NCBI GenBank assembly: GCA_964532225.1
Contig: CAZHHM010000005.1
Span: 12,100 to 76,099, forward strand
Source of the DNA: an uncultured bacterium
Lineage (GTDB): Bacteria; Margulisbacteria; WOR-1; JAKLHX01
DNA: 64,000 nucleotides
Reading direction: 5' to 3'
A model generated the notes under the pieces. The model worked only from the letters and a program-made list of their open reading frames with translations, did no database searches and had not been told where the DNA came from. How positions within the stretch are numbered: the first letter of the stretch is position 1; each line of letters begins with the position of its first letter. Position numbers and translations under genes: made by a program. Below are positions 20,357 to 29,803 of this stretch, in pieces.

Positions 20357-20838
20357 TTCATTCCGCCTATCCTGTAAGAGTTAAGATGACATATGGCTAT
20401 CGCAAGCGCGTCAGCCGCGTCATCCGGCTTGGGTATCTCATCCAATTTTAGCAGGTTCTTTACCATGAACTGTATCTGTTTCTTGTCAGCCGCCCCGTAA
20501 CCGGTCAGCGCCTGCTTTACCTGCAGAGGCGTGTATTCGGCGACCTTCCTGCCTGATACAGCTGCAGTATGCAGAATGACCCCTCTTGCCTCACCCACTT
20601 TAATCGCGGTCTTGGAGTTGGCGGCAAAAAAAAGCTTTTCAACTGCGACCACATCGGGAGCGTATTTGTTTATGATGCCGGAGAGCTCATTTGAGATTAT
20701 CTCAAGCCTTTGAGGCATTTCAAGGTCTTTTGAGGTCCTTATGCATCCGTAAGCCACCATCACGGGGACCCTTGCGGATTCCTTTACAAGGCCGTAACCT
20801 GTCGTTGCGGTCCCGGGATCGACACCCAGAACAAGCAT
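20353..20838 (-). CDS. ruvC: Crossover junction endodeoxyribonuclease RuvC
   Basis: MLVLGVDPGTATTGYGLV RNase-H fold N-terminus. Overlaps ruvA start by 4 nt. Confidence 0.9.
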   Translation of the reverse strand: MLVLGVDPGTATTGYGLVKESARVPVMVAYGCIRTSKDLEMPQRLEIISNELSGIINKYAPDVVAVEKLFFAANSKTAIKVGEARGVILHTAAVSGRKVAEYTPLQVKQALTGYGAADKKQIQFMVKNLLKLDEIPKPDDAADALAIAICHLNSYRIGGMK

Positions 20839-21618
20839 CTATCTGTCTTCTATGATGATGTACGGGGTCCCCAGACCGCTCTCAAGACCCTCGTACCTAA
20901 TGAACTGATGAGGGGCCGCGCTCTCAAGCCAGAAATACGTCTTGGGCACGAAAGCACCCAGCATGTTGACCAGCCCAAGGTCAGGCACCATTTCTATCTT
21001 GTTGCAAAGCATTTCTGTGCCTTTGACGGTTATCTTTTCTTTGCCAAGGTTCTTTCCCGTCATCTTATAGGAAGTGGGCTCATGCGTCAGAAGACTAAAG
21101 ATGAACTCTTTCTTTTCGAACGGGAAGTTCGACATGCTGATGCCCAGATTCTCTTTGTCGATCATGCCTTCGGTATACTTTATCTCTTTGGTCTTGCCGT
21201 TCTCCGTGAACAGGACCTTGCCTTCTTTAGGAAGGTAATCTTTTTGAAAAGAGCGCAGCACTTTGCCGCTCTTATCCTTGAACTCGCCCTTTACCTGATG
21301 CGGGACCAGCTTGTCCCCTTCGATCCTGAAGAAAGACCTCACGGCCCAAGTCTTGTATGTTCCGTCCTTGCCCCAGATGCCTTCCCCTTTGTCCTCGATA
21401 TAAAGGAAAGGCTTGCCCTGCACATCGACTTTCTTGGTCACAATAGTGTTCTGCCAGAGGCTCCTGCCTGAGGACTTTTCTACCGCCTTTGTCCCTCTCG
21501 CACCTATATGCAGATCGGACATCATAAAAGCCTCGGAGATCGCGGGTGCCGCAATCACCACGGCCAGGAGAAGAAGTGACGCAGATATCTTTTTTATCAT
21601 ATGTCCATCCTTTTTCAT
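20839..21618 (-). CDS. Hypothetical secreted protein
   Basis: Signal peptide MIKKISASLLLLAVVIAAPAISEA. Lys-rich mature part, no recognised family. Confidence 0.5.
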   Translation of the reverse strand: MKKDGHMIKKISASLLLLAVVIAAPAISEAFMMSDLHIGARGTKAVEKSSGRSLWQNTIVTKKVDVQGKPFLYIEDKGEGIWGKDGTYKTWAVRSFFRIEGDKLVPHQVKGEFKDKSGKVLRSFQKDYLPKEGKVLFTENGKTKEIKYTEGMIDKENLGISMSNFPFEKKEFIFSLLTHEPTSYKMTGKNLGKEKITVKGTEMLCNKIEMVPDLGLVNMLGAFVPKTYFWLESAAPHQFIRYEGLESGLGTPYIIIEDR

Positions 21619-21710
21619 TGATTTTGAGCCATTATAACACCGGTGAAGTCGCTCTTCAATTTAATCCGGAACAGTGAAATTGCAAGCTGGTTTTGAAGAT
21701 AAGGATATGT

Positions 21711-23003
21711 ATGAGCTCATTTTCAAGGACATCATTAGTGCGCCACCCAATATTGTCTACAAGGGCGCTAGTTGAAAAGATCAACAACATATACTACCCG
21801 AAGGTCCAGTTCAGGTACATAAACAATGACCATATCCAGCCTCTGAGCGTGTTCGACTCGCATACGATAATAAGCAGCATCAACGGGATAGGCGGACATC
21901 CGGGCACCATCAACTGGAAAAGCATGATCCCGTTCGTGGGAGCCGCCTATTCTGCAATCAAAGCCGTCGACAGGGCAACGGTATCTTCTGCTTTTATGAA
22001 CGGTAAAGACGTCCCTAACAATATCGAGATAACATACGATATCTCCGTAAAGAAACAGGCCTTCAAGGTTGGCGCCAGTCTGTACCTGATGATGGAGGGA
22101 TTCCCTCTTCTTAACCTGGGCATTCTCGGCGTACCGCTTGATTTTCTGGAGGCCTTCTCCTATCTGACACTTAACGCCGCAAGGAACGTTTTTGCCGATC
22201 TGGGGGCAAAGCACGGATGGAACATCAGGCAATGGAGAGCACATCCGGAGCACCTCAAGATCACAAAGCTGACGACCTCCCTTATCGTAACCTCGCTTTC
22301 GTACCCACTTCTATCTTTCATGAAGAACATGACATATTTCGAGTTCGGCGATTCTCCGTGGGTCTGGGTCGCGACACCTTTGACCCTCACAATGCTTGAC
22401 GGAGCGATACAGTATGTATCAAGAAAAATGAGAGGCTTCGACAATTCCATGGCCAAGTATGATTTCTTCCGGCCTGTCGTAGGGGACACGCTGTCAACAC
22501 TGTCCTTCTTCTTGTCAGGCATGGATATCGCGGGCAATTTTTCCTATCTTATCCTAAGAAAGGTCTTCTCTGAGCTCTGGACGGGACATTTTGAAAGCTC
22601 GACCAAACGCCGCGAAAAGATCATCGAAAGGCAGGAACAGTTCAAGGAGATCCTTGACATAAAAAGATATCTGGTACCCGACCCTATCGCGACATCCTCG
22701 ATCAATTTCGTGTACATGATGAACGTAAAATCTCTGGCTCAAAGGTCTTTCTCCGAACTGCTTTCCGATCAGGATTTTGTTTCAAACAACCGAAAAGTGC
22801 TACTCGACATACACAAATGCCTTACAGAGAACGGAGAACGCACCGATAAAGCGGTCGATTTTCTGTTCCCCGCCGGCAAGTTCAGGGTCTTCGGCGACGT
22901 AATGAAGGAACGTTTTTCCGAGAATAAGGCCGGCTATCTGGATTGGTACCGGGTGAATATCGGGCTTTTTGAAAGGTCCGTCGTGGAAGGGATAACGCGA
23001 TGA
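21711..23003 (+). CDS. Hypothetical protein with several hydrophobic segments (island ORF)
   Basis: Start moved to the ATG (MSSFSRT...) preceded by AAGGA; the track begins at a TTG. No recognisable motifs. Translationally coupled (ATGA) to the downstream LysM gene. Confidence 0.4.
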   Translation: MSSFSRTSLVRHPILSTRALVEKINNIYYPKVQFRYINNDHIQPLSVFDSHTIISSINGIGGHPGTINWKSMIPFVGAAYSAIKAVDRATVSSAFMNGKDVPNNIEITYDISVKKQAFKVGASLYLMMEGFPLLNLGILGVPLDFLEAFSYLTLNAARNVFADLGAKHGWNIRQWRAHPEHLKITKLTTSLIVTSLSYPLLSFMKNMTYFEFGDSPWVWVATPLTLTMLDGAIQYVSRKMRGFDNSMAKYDFFRPVVGDTLSTLSFFLSGMDIAGNFSYLILRKVFSELWTGHFESSTKRREKIIERQEQFKEILDIKRYLVPDPIATSSINFVYMMNVKSLAQRSFSELLSDQDFVSNNRKVLLDIHKCLTENGERTDKAVDFLFPAGKFRVFGDVMKERFSENKAGYLDWYRVNIGLFERSVVEGITR

Positions 23004-23434
23004 CGGCGCCTGCGAGAAAAACGCGCTACAGCAGTGCGTCCAGCATCGGCATCAGGCTTATAAAGAGCGGGCTCATGATTAACAGCGGCAAGGTGACACT
23101 TCTTATAAAAGAGAACGATACGCTTTGGAACATCGCTGTAGCGATAAGAAAGACCGCCCCTCTGTGTTCGATGGTATCGGTCAATAAGATAGTGAGCATG
23201 CTGATGATACAGAACGGGATAGCGCAAGAGAAGGACCTCCTTCCGGGAACGGTGATCACGTTCACCCTACATTTTCCGGAACTTGCCCCCTCGGTGCCAT
23301 CAGAGACCTTGCCTGTAAAAAAGCCTTTCTGGAAAGACCCCGCATCAAACCGCTTCTTCAGACCGGTAAAAAGGATAGAACCGGCCGATCTGCACGAGCT
23401 ACTGACCAAGATGTTCGGCTCTGACGGTAGATAG
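23000..23434 (+). CDS. LysM-domain protein
   Basis: LIKENDTLWNIAVAI...LLPGTVITF LysM-like motif, paralogous to the DTLWDIA LysM in the 12473-15040 protein. Confidence 0.5.
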   Translation: MTAPARKTRYSSASSIGIRLIKSGLMINSGKVTLLIKENDTLWNIAVAIRKTAPLCSMVSVNKIVSMLMIQNGIAQEKDLLPGTVITFTLHFPELAPSVPSETLPVKKPFWKDPASNRFFRPVKRIEPADLHELLTKMFGSDGR

Positions 23435-23512
23435 GTCTTTATCTTTTTTAAATTACTCGTCTTTAACTGAAATCACTTACTTATATGAACGATATATACT
23501 CAGAAAGACTAA

Positions 23513-25870
23513 ATGGGAACAAACATCGGTAGCAGAACGATCGCAACGGACCTTATCAGGTCGAGACGGCCTTTCATCGAAAGGTCTTTGTCGAACAGCG
23601 GTTTTGAAAGGATCTCCGGATCCAGACCTGCTGTCAACGCTTTAACAAAGCTAAGCCTTGGCATGATACTGAGGTCCGAGGCGGAATCCAGGCTCAAAAG
23701 ATCGGGCATAGAGATCACTCCTCCGCTAAGCGTTCATCTGGACTCATACTTCAGGACACCTCCGGCTGCCACAGCCGACCGAGGGACTCAGACCTCAGGA
23801 GAGCCGCTTCAGATGCTGAGAGGGACCCCGGGCGAGGTCCTTGATGCGATAAGTATGATAAGGGCAGGCCTATCCTCAGACGACCGCAGACAGTACCTTA
23901 AGCAGGACATATACGATTCTTTTATCGATATCCTCCTTGCCGGCGGAATAAACCCGTTCATTAAAAGTTCGATCACCGAACAGGTGCTGCCCAAATACAG
24001 CCACTCACGTTTCGGGACGGAACGCTCTCTTATCCTGCATATATCACTGCTAAAAGGTAAAAAAGACCATGAAGCAGCGGTCAAAGAGCTCTCTAATTTC
24101 GGAGCGAAATGCTTTTCAGAGAACGCACTGGGGACAGCCATTCCGGATATTCTCTCCCCAAAGCTGAAACATCCTCCTCAGTACGCAGACGGGCTTATAA
24201 CTTTGTTCCGCACAAAGAACAGGACAAGCTTCAGCGACAGGAACTTTGACCTGTGCATCGGGTTCGATACCAAGGCACACACCCCGGACATGACCAGGAC
24301 GTTCCTTGGTCTGCTTGATGCGTTCTTACTTTCCGGAAAGATCAGCAGGGAACGTATTTCGGACGCCTTCAACATAGCTTCCGGAATACTTTTGACCCAG
24401 GCATTCGACAAAAAGTCCGTGCTTCATGCCATGTCGGTGATCAGGAGCTCAGCCGCGAGTGTTCCCGAAGGCGCCGGAAATGCGCTCGCTTCAAGGATCA
24501 TTTACCTTTGCAGGGACCATGACAGCCAGGTCTCTTACGGAGCACTAAAAACCGCCGCCAGTCTCTTTGCTTCGGCAAAGATCCCTTCAACAGAAGAACT
24601 TAATGCTATTGCGTTTTCCAAGCTTAAGGACCACAACTTTGAATGCAGGGCCGGCGCCTGCTCACTGATATCTGCACTTTTCGACAAAGGCGCTATTTGC
24701 GGTATTTCCACACAGAGGAATGTCAGGTCGGCGATAAAACCTCTTGGCGCTTTGGGGCAAGAGCAGGCCCGTGACGTGCTGGCTTTTCTTGAACGGGCCC
24801 ATAAGGAAGACAAGTCCTCCTTTGACAGGGACAACCTCGAACATCTGCTCGACATCTGGTCCCGCGATGAAGCTCCCGGATCGAGCGGAATGCATCTTTG
24901 GATGGTGCCGGCTCTGGCATTCTTTGACTGCATGCCTCCCGAAGAAAGGACCTATTGCGCCCTGTCAGGCATACTGCAAAGCAAAGACTACACGCACCGG
25001 TCCGCAGACGCTTTCATGAGACTGGTCAATTCTATGCTGACAGCAGAGAATGTCGGCGCCGAGACAATATTCTCGACGATCTGGGAATTCTGCAGGAACG
25101 AAGGCCAGGCAGTCACTAAAGACCTGATCGGCATGATGCGCTCCATACCCGGATGGGAAAGGGATAACAACTTATCAGGCATTGAGGACATCATGCAGAT
25201 ATCCCTAAGACATATGGACCCGTCTTTCCCGGGAATGACATGGAAAGAGCTGCTGGCAAAAGAAGTAAAAATGCTTGTCAGGTATTTGCGGGACGTAAAG
25301 AATACCGGTTTTCCGGAAGACCTGATGAAAAAAGCGGCTTTTAAATATACTTATATCGTCAGGAACGGAGGCATAGAGAAAGCCGATCTTGAGGACCTTG
25401 ATAAGGACCGGCTCACTCTGGATGACATCGACAACATGTACGACCTGAGAAATGATATCAATCCGTACTTCCTTGCTCTTGAAGCGCAGTTGAGGATAGT
25501 GACAGAGTCCCTTACGAAAGCCAAGAAGGACAAAAGCTTAGGCAGGGACGCGGTCAAAAGGCTTGAAGAGCAAAAGGCGCTGCTGACCTCGGAAACAAGG
25601 CAAAAGAGGAAGAAGCTTATCACGCTTGCCGTCATGTTCAACAGCGTTCAGAGATACCCTTCGCAGCTCCTTTCAAAGCCGGAGATAAAAAGCTTCGTTG
25701 ATGAATTCAGGGCAACGCTCAACCTCAGGAATTCCATACCTCAGATAATGATAGAAAAATTAAAGATCATCCTTTGGGATAACTGGGAAGCGGTCGAGAC
25801 CATTGCGGAGAGGGTCAAAGCCGAGGTTAAGGGGCTGAAAGAAGAATTCCTAATATTCGAGGAAAAATAA
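23513..25870 (+). CDS. Large hypothetical alpha-helical protein (785 aa)
   Basis: Long ORF with no enzyme motifs recognised. C-terminal coiled-coil-like region. Ends 8 bp before tRNA-Leu. Confidence 0.4.
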   Translation: MGTNIGSRTIATDLIRSRRPFIERSLSNSGFERISGSRPAVNALTKLSLGMILRSEAESRLKRSGIEITPPLSVHLDSYFRTPPAATADRGTQTSGEPLQMLRGTPGEVLDAISMIRAGLSSDDRRQYLKQDIYDSFIDILLAGGINPFIKSSITEQVLPKYSHSRFGTERSLILHISLLKGKKDHEAAVKELSNFGAKCFSENALGTAIPDILSPKLKHPPQYADGLITLFRTKNRTSFSDRNFDLCIGFDTKAHTPDMTRTFLGLLDAFLLSGKISRERISDAFNIASGILLTQAFDKKSVLHAMSVIRSSAASVPEGAGNALASRIIYLCRDHDSQVSYGALKTAASLFASAKIPSTEELNAIAFSKLKDHNFECRAGACSLISALFDKGAICGISTQRNVRSAIKPLGALGQEQARDVLAFLERAHKEDKSSFDRDNLEHLLDIWSRDEAPGSSGMHLWMVPALAFFDCMPPEERTYCALSGILQSKDYTHRSADAFMRLVNSMLTAENVGAETIFSTIWEFCRNEGQAVTKDLIGMMRSIPGWERDNNLSGIEDIMQISLRHMDPSFPGMTWKELLAKEVKMLVRYLRDVKNTGFPEDLMKKAAFKYTYIVRNGGIEKADLEDLDKDRLTLDDIDNMYDLRNDINPYFLALEAQLRIVTESLTKAKKDKSLGRDAVKRLEEQKALLTSETRQKRKKLITLAVMFNSVQRYPSQLLSKPEIKSFVDEFRATLNLRNSIPQIMIEKLKIILWDNWEAVETIAERVKAEVKGLKEEFLIFEEK

Positions 25871-25878
25871 GCCCTATT

Positions 25879-25962
25879 TGCCGTTGGAGAGACTCGAACT
25901 CTCAAGAGTGTTACCTCACATGGTCCTAAGCCATGCGCGTATGCCAATTCCGCCACAACGGC
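25879..25962 (-). tRNA. tRNA-Leu (anticodon TAG), type II with long variable arm
   Basis: Folded by eye: acceptor gccgttg/caacggc, 3-bp D stem, anticodon stem catgg/ccatg with loop cttagga, T arm gagag-ttcgagt-ctctc, discriminator A. No encoded CCA. Confidence 0.8.
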
Positions 25963-26045
25963 ACGTAGTCCATTTTAACACGCACGGTATTGACATTTTA
26001 TCTCCAAGCTATATGATATCCCTGCCTAAAGAAAGGAGCCAACAG

Positions 26046-27215
26046 ATGAAACATTTCGCGATCATGGCGTTCCTGCTTGCAATGACATCACATTCCTTTG
26101 CTGCGCTGTATATCGGCGAGACGAAAGCGATACTTGAAAGCATATCAAATAAGAGAGCCGAGATAAATTTCGCCTACGATTCGTCCCCTGCCCCGAAGTT
26201 CGCGATGTGGCCTTCGGACAGCAAGTTCGAGGTCTATTACAGGATGTGGGACGACTCCAAGCTTGCGGGTTATTCTCTGAACGTTTGGCAGACATTAGAC
26301 ATGTACAACTTCAACACTTGGGCATGGACAATTGGCGGCACGGGTAATAGCGCTACAGGCACTGACACGATGCGGGGAAAATATGACAATTCAGGGATAT
26401 GGAACATATACCCCTTGAACCAGGGGAACGTGACAAAGTTCAAGCTGACATTGAGCGCGGACACCAAAAGCATACCAAGAAGGACAGAAAGCAGGGAGTT
26501 CTACGTACTTAAGAACATGCCTGACGGCTCGAGGACCGCAAAGAAACAGGCCGCGATGAAATGGATAGTCGGACGGCTTGAACGTGCAACAATGTTCAGG
26601 AACATGGCCGATACATGGAAGGCAAAAAGGACCTCCACGTCTTCTGTCAACTACAACCTTGAAATGGGAAAGATCATCATGAGCGCTGCGGGGCTTTTCG
26701 GTCCTACTGACGCAAAAGGATACGCAATAGACAGCGGCATTGAGTTCCTGGACCTCGCCTCCTCCGTCTTCGGGAATGTCGCGACAAGCAGCCTGGTCTC
26801 TGTAGGCGGGGCCGTCTATCAGGCTTATGACTGGGGAACATGGGCAAAAAGCACGCTGCAGTCATCCGCAAACCTTTGGAATTCCGCATTTAGCGATTTC
26901 AGGGCTTCCCAGACGGCAAATCTGGTAGGCACAGGCCTTGAGAATGATCTTTACAACCTTGCTAACGCCATGAGGGATGATGCCAACGAAGTTATCAGAA
27001 TAATGTACACTGCTCCCTACGACAGCACTGCGAATTGGAAGAGCCTGTTAAGCCTTGAAAAAAGCCGGGCCAACAGCGTCGGTGTATCTGCCGCATCGGC
27101 AAAGAGCAAAGCGGACCAGATCTGCGGCACCGGATCTAACCTTTCGAATTTCTTTGAGACGATAAACAAGCTTGCTAACGCGGAATGGATGGTGCTGAAT
27201 CAGATATCATTCTGA
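26046..27215 (+). CDS. Hypothetical secreted protein (389 aa)
   Basis: Start MKHFAIMAFLLAMTSHSFAA (signal peptide) after SD AAGGAG. The track ORF start upstream overlaps tRNA-Leu and is not credible. Confidence 0.45.
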   Translation: MKHFAIMAFLLAMTSHSFAALYIGETKAILESISNKRAEINFAYDSSPAPKFAMWPSDSKFEVYYRMWDDSKLAGYSLNVWQTLDMYNFNTWAWTIGGTGNSATGTDTMRGKYDNSGIWNIYPLNQGNVTKFKLTLSADTKSIPRRTESREFYVLKNMPDGSRTAKKQAAMKWIVGRLERATMFRNMADTWKAKRTSTSSVNYNLEMGKIIMSAAGLFGPTDAKGYAIDSGIEFLDLASSVFGNVATSSLVSVGGAVYQAYDWGTWAKSTLQSSANLWNSAFSDFRASQTANLVGTGLENDLYNLANAMRDDANEVIRIMYTAPYDSTANWKSLLSLEKSRANSVGVSAASAKSKADQICGTGSNLSNFFETINKLANAEWMVLNQISF

Positions 27216-27227
27216 CAACAGCAAAAA

Positions 27228-27260
27228 GGGGCCACGCTTTCGCGTGGCCTTTTCTATTTT
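27228..27260 (+). terminator. Rho-independent terminator
   Basis: ggccacgc-tttc-gcgtggcc hairpin followed by ttttctatttt, 13 nt after the stop at 27215. Confidence 0.6.
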
Positions 27261-27269
27261 TAAGTAATA

Positions 27270-27331
<62 letters not shown>

Positions 27332-27342
<11 letters not shown>

Positions 27343-27520
27343 ACAATGTCAAACAAGAAACGCTAACGATACTCCCTAGTCCCTCGCCCCAATGCCATCC
27401 AGGCGAGGGGCTAATGGCGCATTAAGCTGAACAAGTACCACAAAAGTAACTTCCTAGTCCCGAGCCCCAGTGCCATCCAGGCGAGGGGCTAATGGCGCAT
27501 AACGTCATACAAGAAACACC
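27332..27520. repeat. 78-bp tandem direct repeats (2 full + 1 partial) each beginning with a copy of the tRNA-Lys 5' end (gctaatggcgca)
   Basis: gctaatggcgca recurs at about 27332, 27410 and 27488. Each unit carries a hairpin ccctcgcc...ggcgaggg and the block acaagaaac. Confidence 0.7.
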
Positions 27521-27537
27521 AACTTATTGATTATAAC

Positions 27538-29025
27538 ATGATGGATTTTCTGTTTCCTCCCCTGCCTTTGTGTGAAATCCATGGAATAAACAACCGAGAT
27601 ATTGGCATGGGAACACCGACGGTCAGGAATTCATATGCAAGGCCTATCATGTATATCAAGGAAGCATGCAGGTCCTATTGGAATCTCCTGAAGCGGCCCG
27701 AGGCTTATTCAAAAATGCCCTTCCTTTACGGGATAAAAAGCATACTTGAGACCCCTAACTCAAAACTCATAGCAGATCTCAGAACAGAACTGGAAAACCT
27801 CTATTCCATAAACGGCGGTAAGCATCCAGTTAAGTACTACCTTCTTAATGAGAACATGAGGGAAGCACTGTTCAATACACAGGCGACAGCATGCAGGACG
27901 ATAATTGATAAGGTCAACGCAAGATATAATGTCGACCTTTACAGGTCCCCGCTCATCCATCAATTCGGCTGGCCGGAGTCTATGCTCACCGAGGTCAACA
28001 GATCGTCAAAATTGAGCCTGAGGATGGTGACCGTAGTATCCGATGAATGGGCCTATTCCGAAAAAGCCCTGAAATTAGCTTTCGAACTCGGGCAGGCCCT
28101 AGCGGAACATGACATTCTCCCTGTCATCGGCCAAGACAATCCGCTGATCAGGTCAATGCTTGACGGGCTGCATGGTAACGGGGGCAGTTCGGTCGGGATA
28201 CTTGAGAATTTCTTTGACATGCCCGATGTTACATTAAGGGTCCAGGCCAATGTCGGGGACCTGAGAGCAAGCATTCTTACCCGCAGCGGACGGGTAATGA
28301 TAAAGCTAGGCAGCGATGACCTTTTCAAAGGCATATTCAGAACGCATGGGCAAGAAAGGCCAAGTGACACTTTCGGTGCCCAGGTCACGGCCTTCGCACG
28401 GGAACAAGCAATAGATATCCATGCTCTTGATCCGGAGACCTCTCCTGATATCGTCGGGACCTCCGAATGGCTGCAGGACAAGCTTTGCTTTGCCAACGGC
28501 ATTAAGAAGTATTCCGAAGCATTAAAAGCCAGACCTTATCAGATAGCGATCATCGGCTCCATGAACACCAACATAGATTCCCCGATAAACCTTACCACTG
28601 TACCAAGAAGCATCGGGAAATGGTATGGAGAGAATAATTTCTCAACTAGCAACGGCGGAGGTCCGGGCACAATGGAGACGCTTGCAGAGGGAGTGGCGAT
28701 CTCAAGGGGAATCGCCATAGGCCTCTCCCCCGATATCTCCTATGTCGACTGTAACAAGGGCATCGACATTCCCATCCCGACCGGTGTAAGCTTTGGAAGG
28801 GATTGCATGGTGCCTACAAGCGGAGGCTTCGTCACGTCGTTCCCCGGGTTGACCGGTACCATTGATGAAATAATCTACGGAATGAAACATGACAGGCATG
28901 TAATTTCACTTTTCGGGCCCATTCCTGAAGATGCGTCGGGATACCACAAACTGCACAGGGTCTATTCTGAGGAAGAGCTGAAAACCACCACTTTAGAGCT
29001 TAGGGACAGACTGTCACTGAGATGA
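27538..29025 (+). CDS. Hypothetical protein with C-terminal LOG/SLOG-like (TIGR00730-type Rossmann) domain
   Basis: ELGQALAEHDILPVIGQDNPLIRSMLDGLHGNGGSSVGIL, NGGGPGTMETLAEGV and SFPGLTGTIDEIIYG resemble LOG-family blocks (GLVYGGG..GLMG..A; PGGFGTLEEL). N-terminal ~190 aa unrecognised. Start uncertain. Confidence 0.45.
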   Translation: MMDFLFPPLPLCEIHGINNRDIGMGTPTVRNSYARPIMYIKEACRSYWNLLKRPEAYSKMPFLYGIKSILETPNSKLIADLRTELENLYSINGGKHPVKYYLLNENMREALFNTQATACRTIIDKVNARYNVDLYRSPLIHQFGWPESMLTEVNRSSKLSLRMVTVVSDEWAYSEKALKLAFELGQALAEHDILPVIGQDNPLIRSMLDGLHGNGGSSVGILENFFDMPDVTLRVQANVGDLRASILTRSGRVMIKLGSDDLFKGIFRTHGQERPSDTFGAQVTAFAREQAIDIHALDPETSPDIVGTSEWLQDKLCFANGIKKYSEALKARPYQIAIIGSMNTNIDSPINLTTVPRSIGKWYGENNFSTSNGGGPGTMETLAEGVAISRGIAIGLSPDISYVDCNKGIDIPIPTGVSFGRDCMVPTSGGFVTSFPGLTGTIDEIIYGMKHDRHVISLFGPIPEDASGYHKLHRVYSEEELKTTTLELRDRLSLR

Positions 29026-29027
29026 TC

Positions 29028-29101
29028 TGCGCCTAGTGGGAGTCGAACCCACAACCTTCAGCTTCGGAGGCTGACACGCTATCCAATTGCGCTATAGGCG
29101 C
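29028..29101 (-). tRNA. tRNA-Arg (anticodon CCG)
   Basis: Reverse complement gcgcctatagcgcaattggatagcgtgtcagcctCCGaagctgaaggttgtgggttcgactcccactaggcgca. Begins 3 nt after the stop of the upstream ORF. Confidence 0.85.
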
Positions 29102-29112
29102 ATGAACTAAAA

Positions 29113-29186
29113 CGCGCCCAGAGGGATTCGAACCCACGACCTACTGGTTCGAAGCCAGCCGCTCTATCCAGCTGAGCTATGGGCGC
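29113..29186 (-). tRNA. tRNA-Arg (anticodon TCG)
   Basis: Reverse complement gcgcccatagctcagctggatagagcggctggctTCGaaccagtaggtcgtgggttcgaatccctctgggcgcg. One T-stem mismatch in my fold. Confidence 0.75.
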
Positions 29187-29244
29187 ATATGGAGATTTTA
29201 TCACAGGGGGACCTTTGATATACTATACGCAGGAGGTACCTACA

Positions 29245-29802
29245 ATGAAAAAACATCTATTGCTGTTCGTGTTGATCCTGGCGACCTTTTCTGCCGTTTG
29301 CAATGCCATGAGCCTCACCGAACTTAACAAATCGATAGAAAAACAACCGCTTAACAGCGACCTGTATTTCCAAAGAGGTAATGCGCTTTTCGCCAGAGCG
29401 CAATACGACAAAGCTATCCGTGACTATACAAGGTCAATTGAGCTGTACCCTAATAATTTCATCGGATATTTCAACAGGGGCAATGCTTTCATGAACCTCG
29501 GCATGTTCGATGCGGCCGCGGCAGACTACACCACCTCAATATTGCTTAAGCCGGACTATGCCGACGCATACTTTAACAGAGGCAACGTCCATTCCACTAC
29601 AGGTCAGCTTCAAAAAGCCCTTTCCGACTTCAGGCAGGCAACGATCTTTAACAACAGGGACGCAGAAGCGTTCTTCATGTGCGGGAGTATTTCTGCAGTG
29701 CTCGGCCTTAAAGAGACTGCCAGGCAGGATTACGAATCGGCCCTGAAGCTTGATCCCGGGATGAAAAAAGCAAAGGATGCTCTGAGCTCGCTGGGCAGAT
29801 AG
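29245..29802 (+). CDS. TPR-repeat protein with signal peptide
   Basis: Start MKKHLLLFVLILATFSAVCNA after SD AGGAGGT. 34-aa TPR units (YFQRGNALF..., YFNRGNAFM..., YFNRGNVHS...). Confidence 0.65.
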   Translation: MKKHLLLFVLILATFSAVCNAMSLTELNKSIEKQPLNSDLYFQRGNALFARAQYDKAIRDYTRSIELYPNNFIGYFNRGNAFMNLGMFDAAAADYTTSILLKPDYADAYFNRGNVHSTTGQLQKALSDFRQATIFNNRDAEAFFMCGSISAVLGLKETARQDYESALKLDPGMKKAKDALSSLGR

Positions 29803-29803
29803 A

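Noticed and set aside
25878-26045. Track ORF start for the 445-aa protein (MPLERLELS...)
   Set aside because: The N-terminal 56 codons overlap tRNA-Leu on the opposite strand and lack an SD. The internal ATG with an AAGGAG SD and a signal peptide is the credible start.
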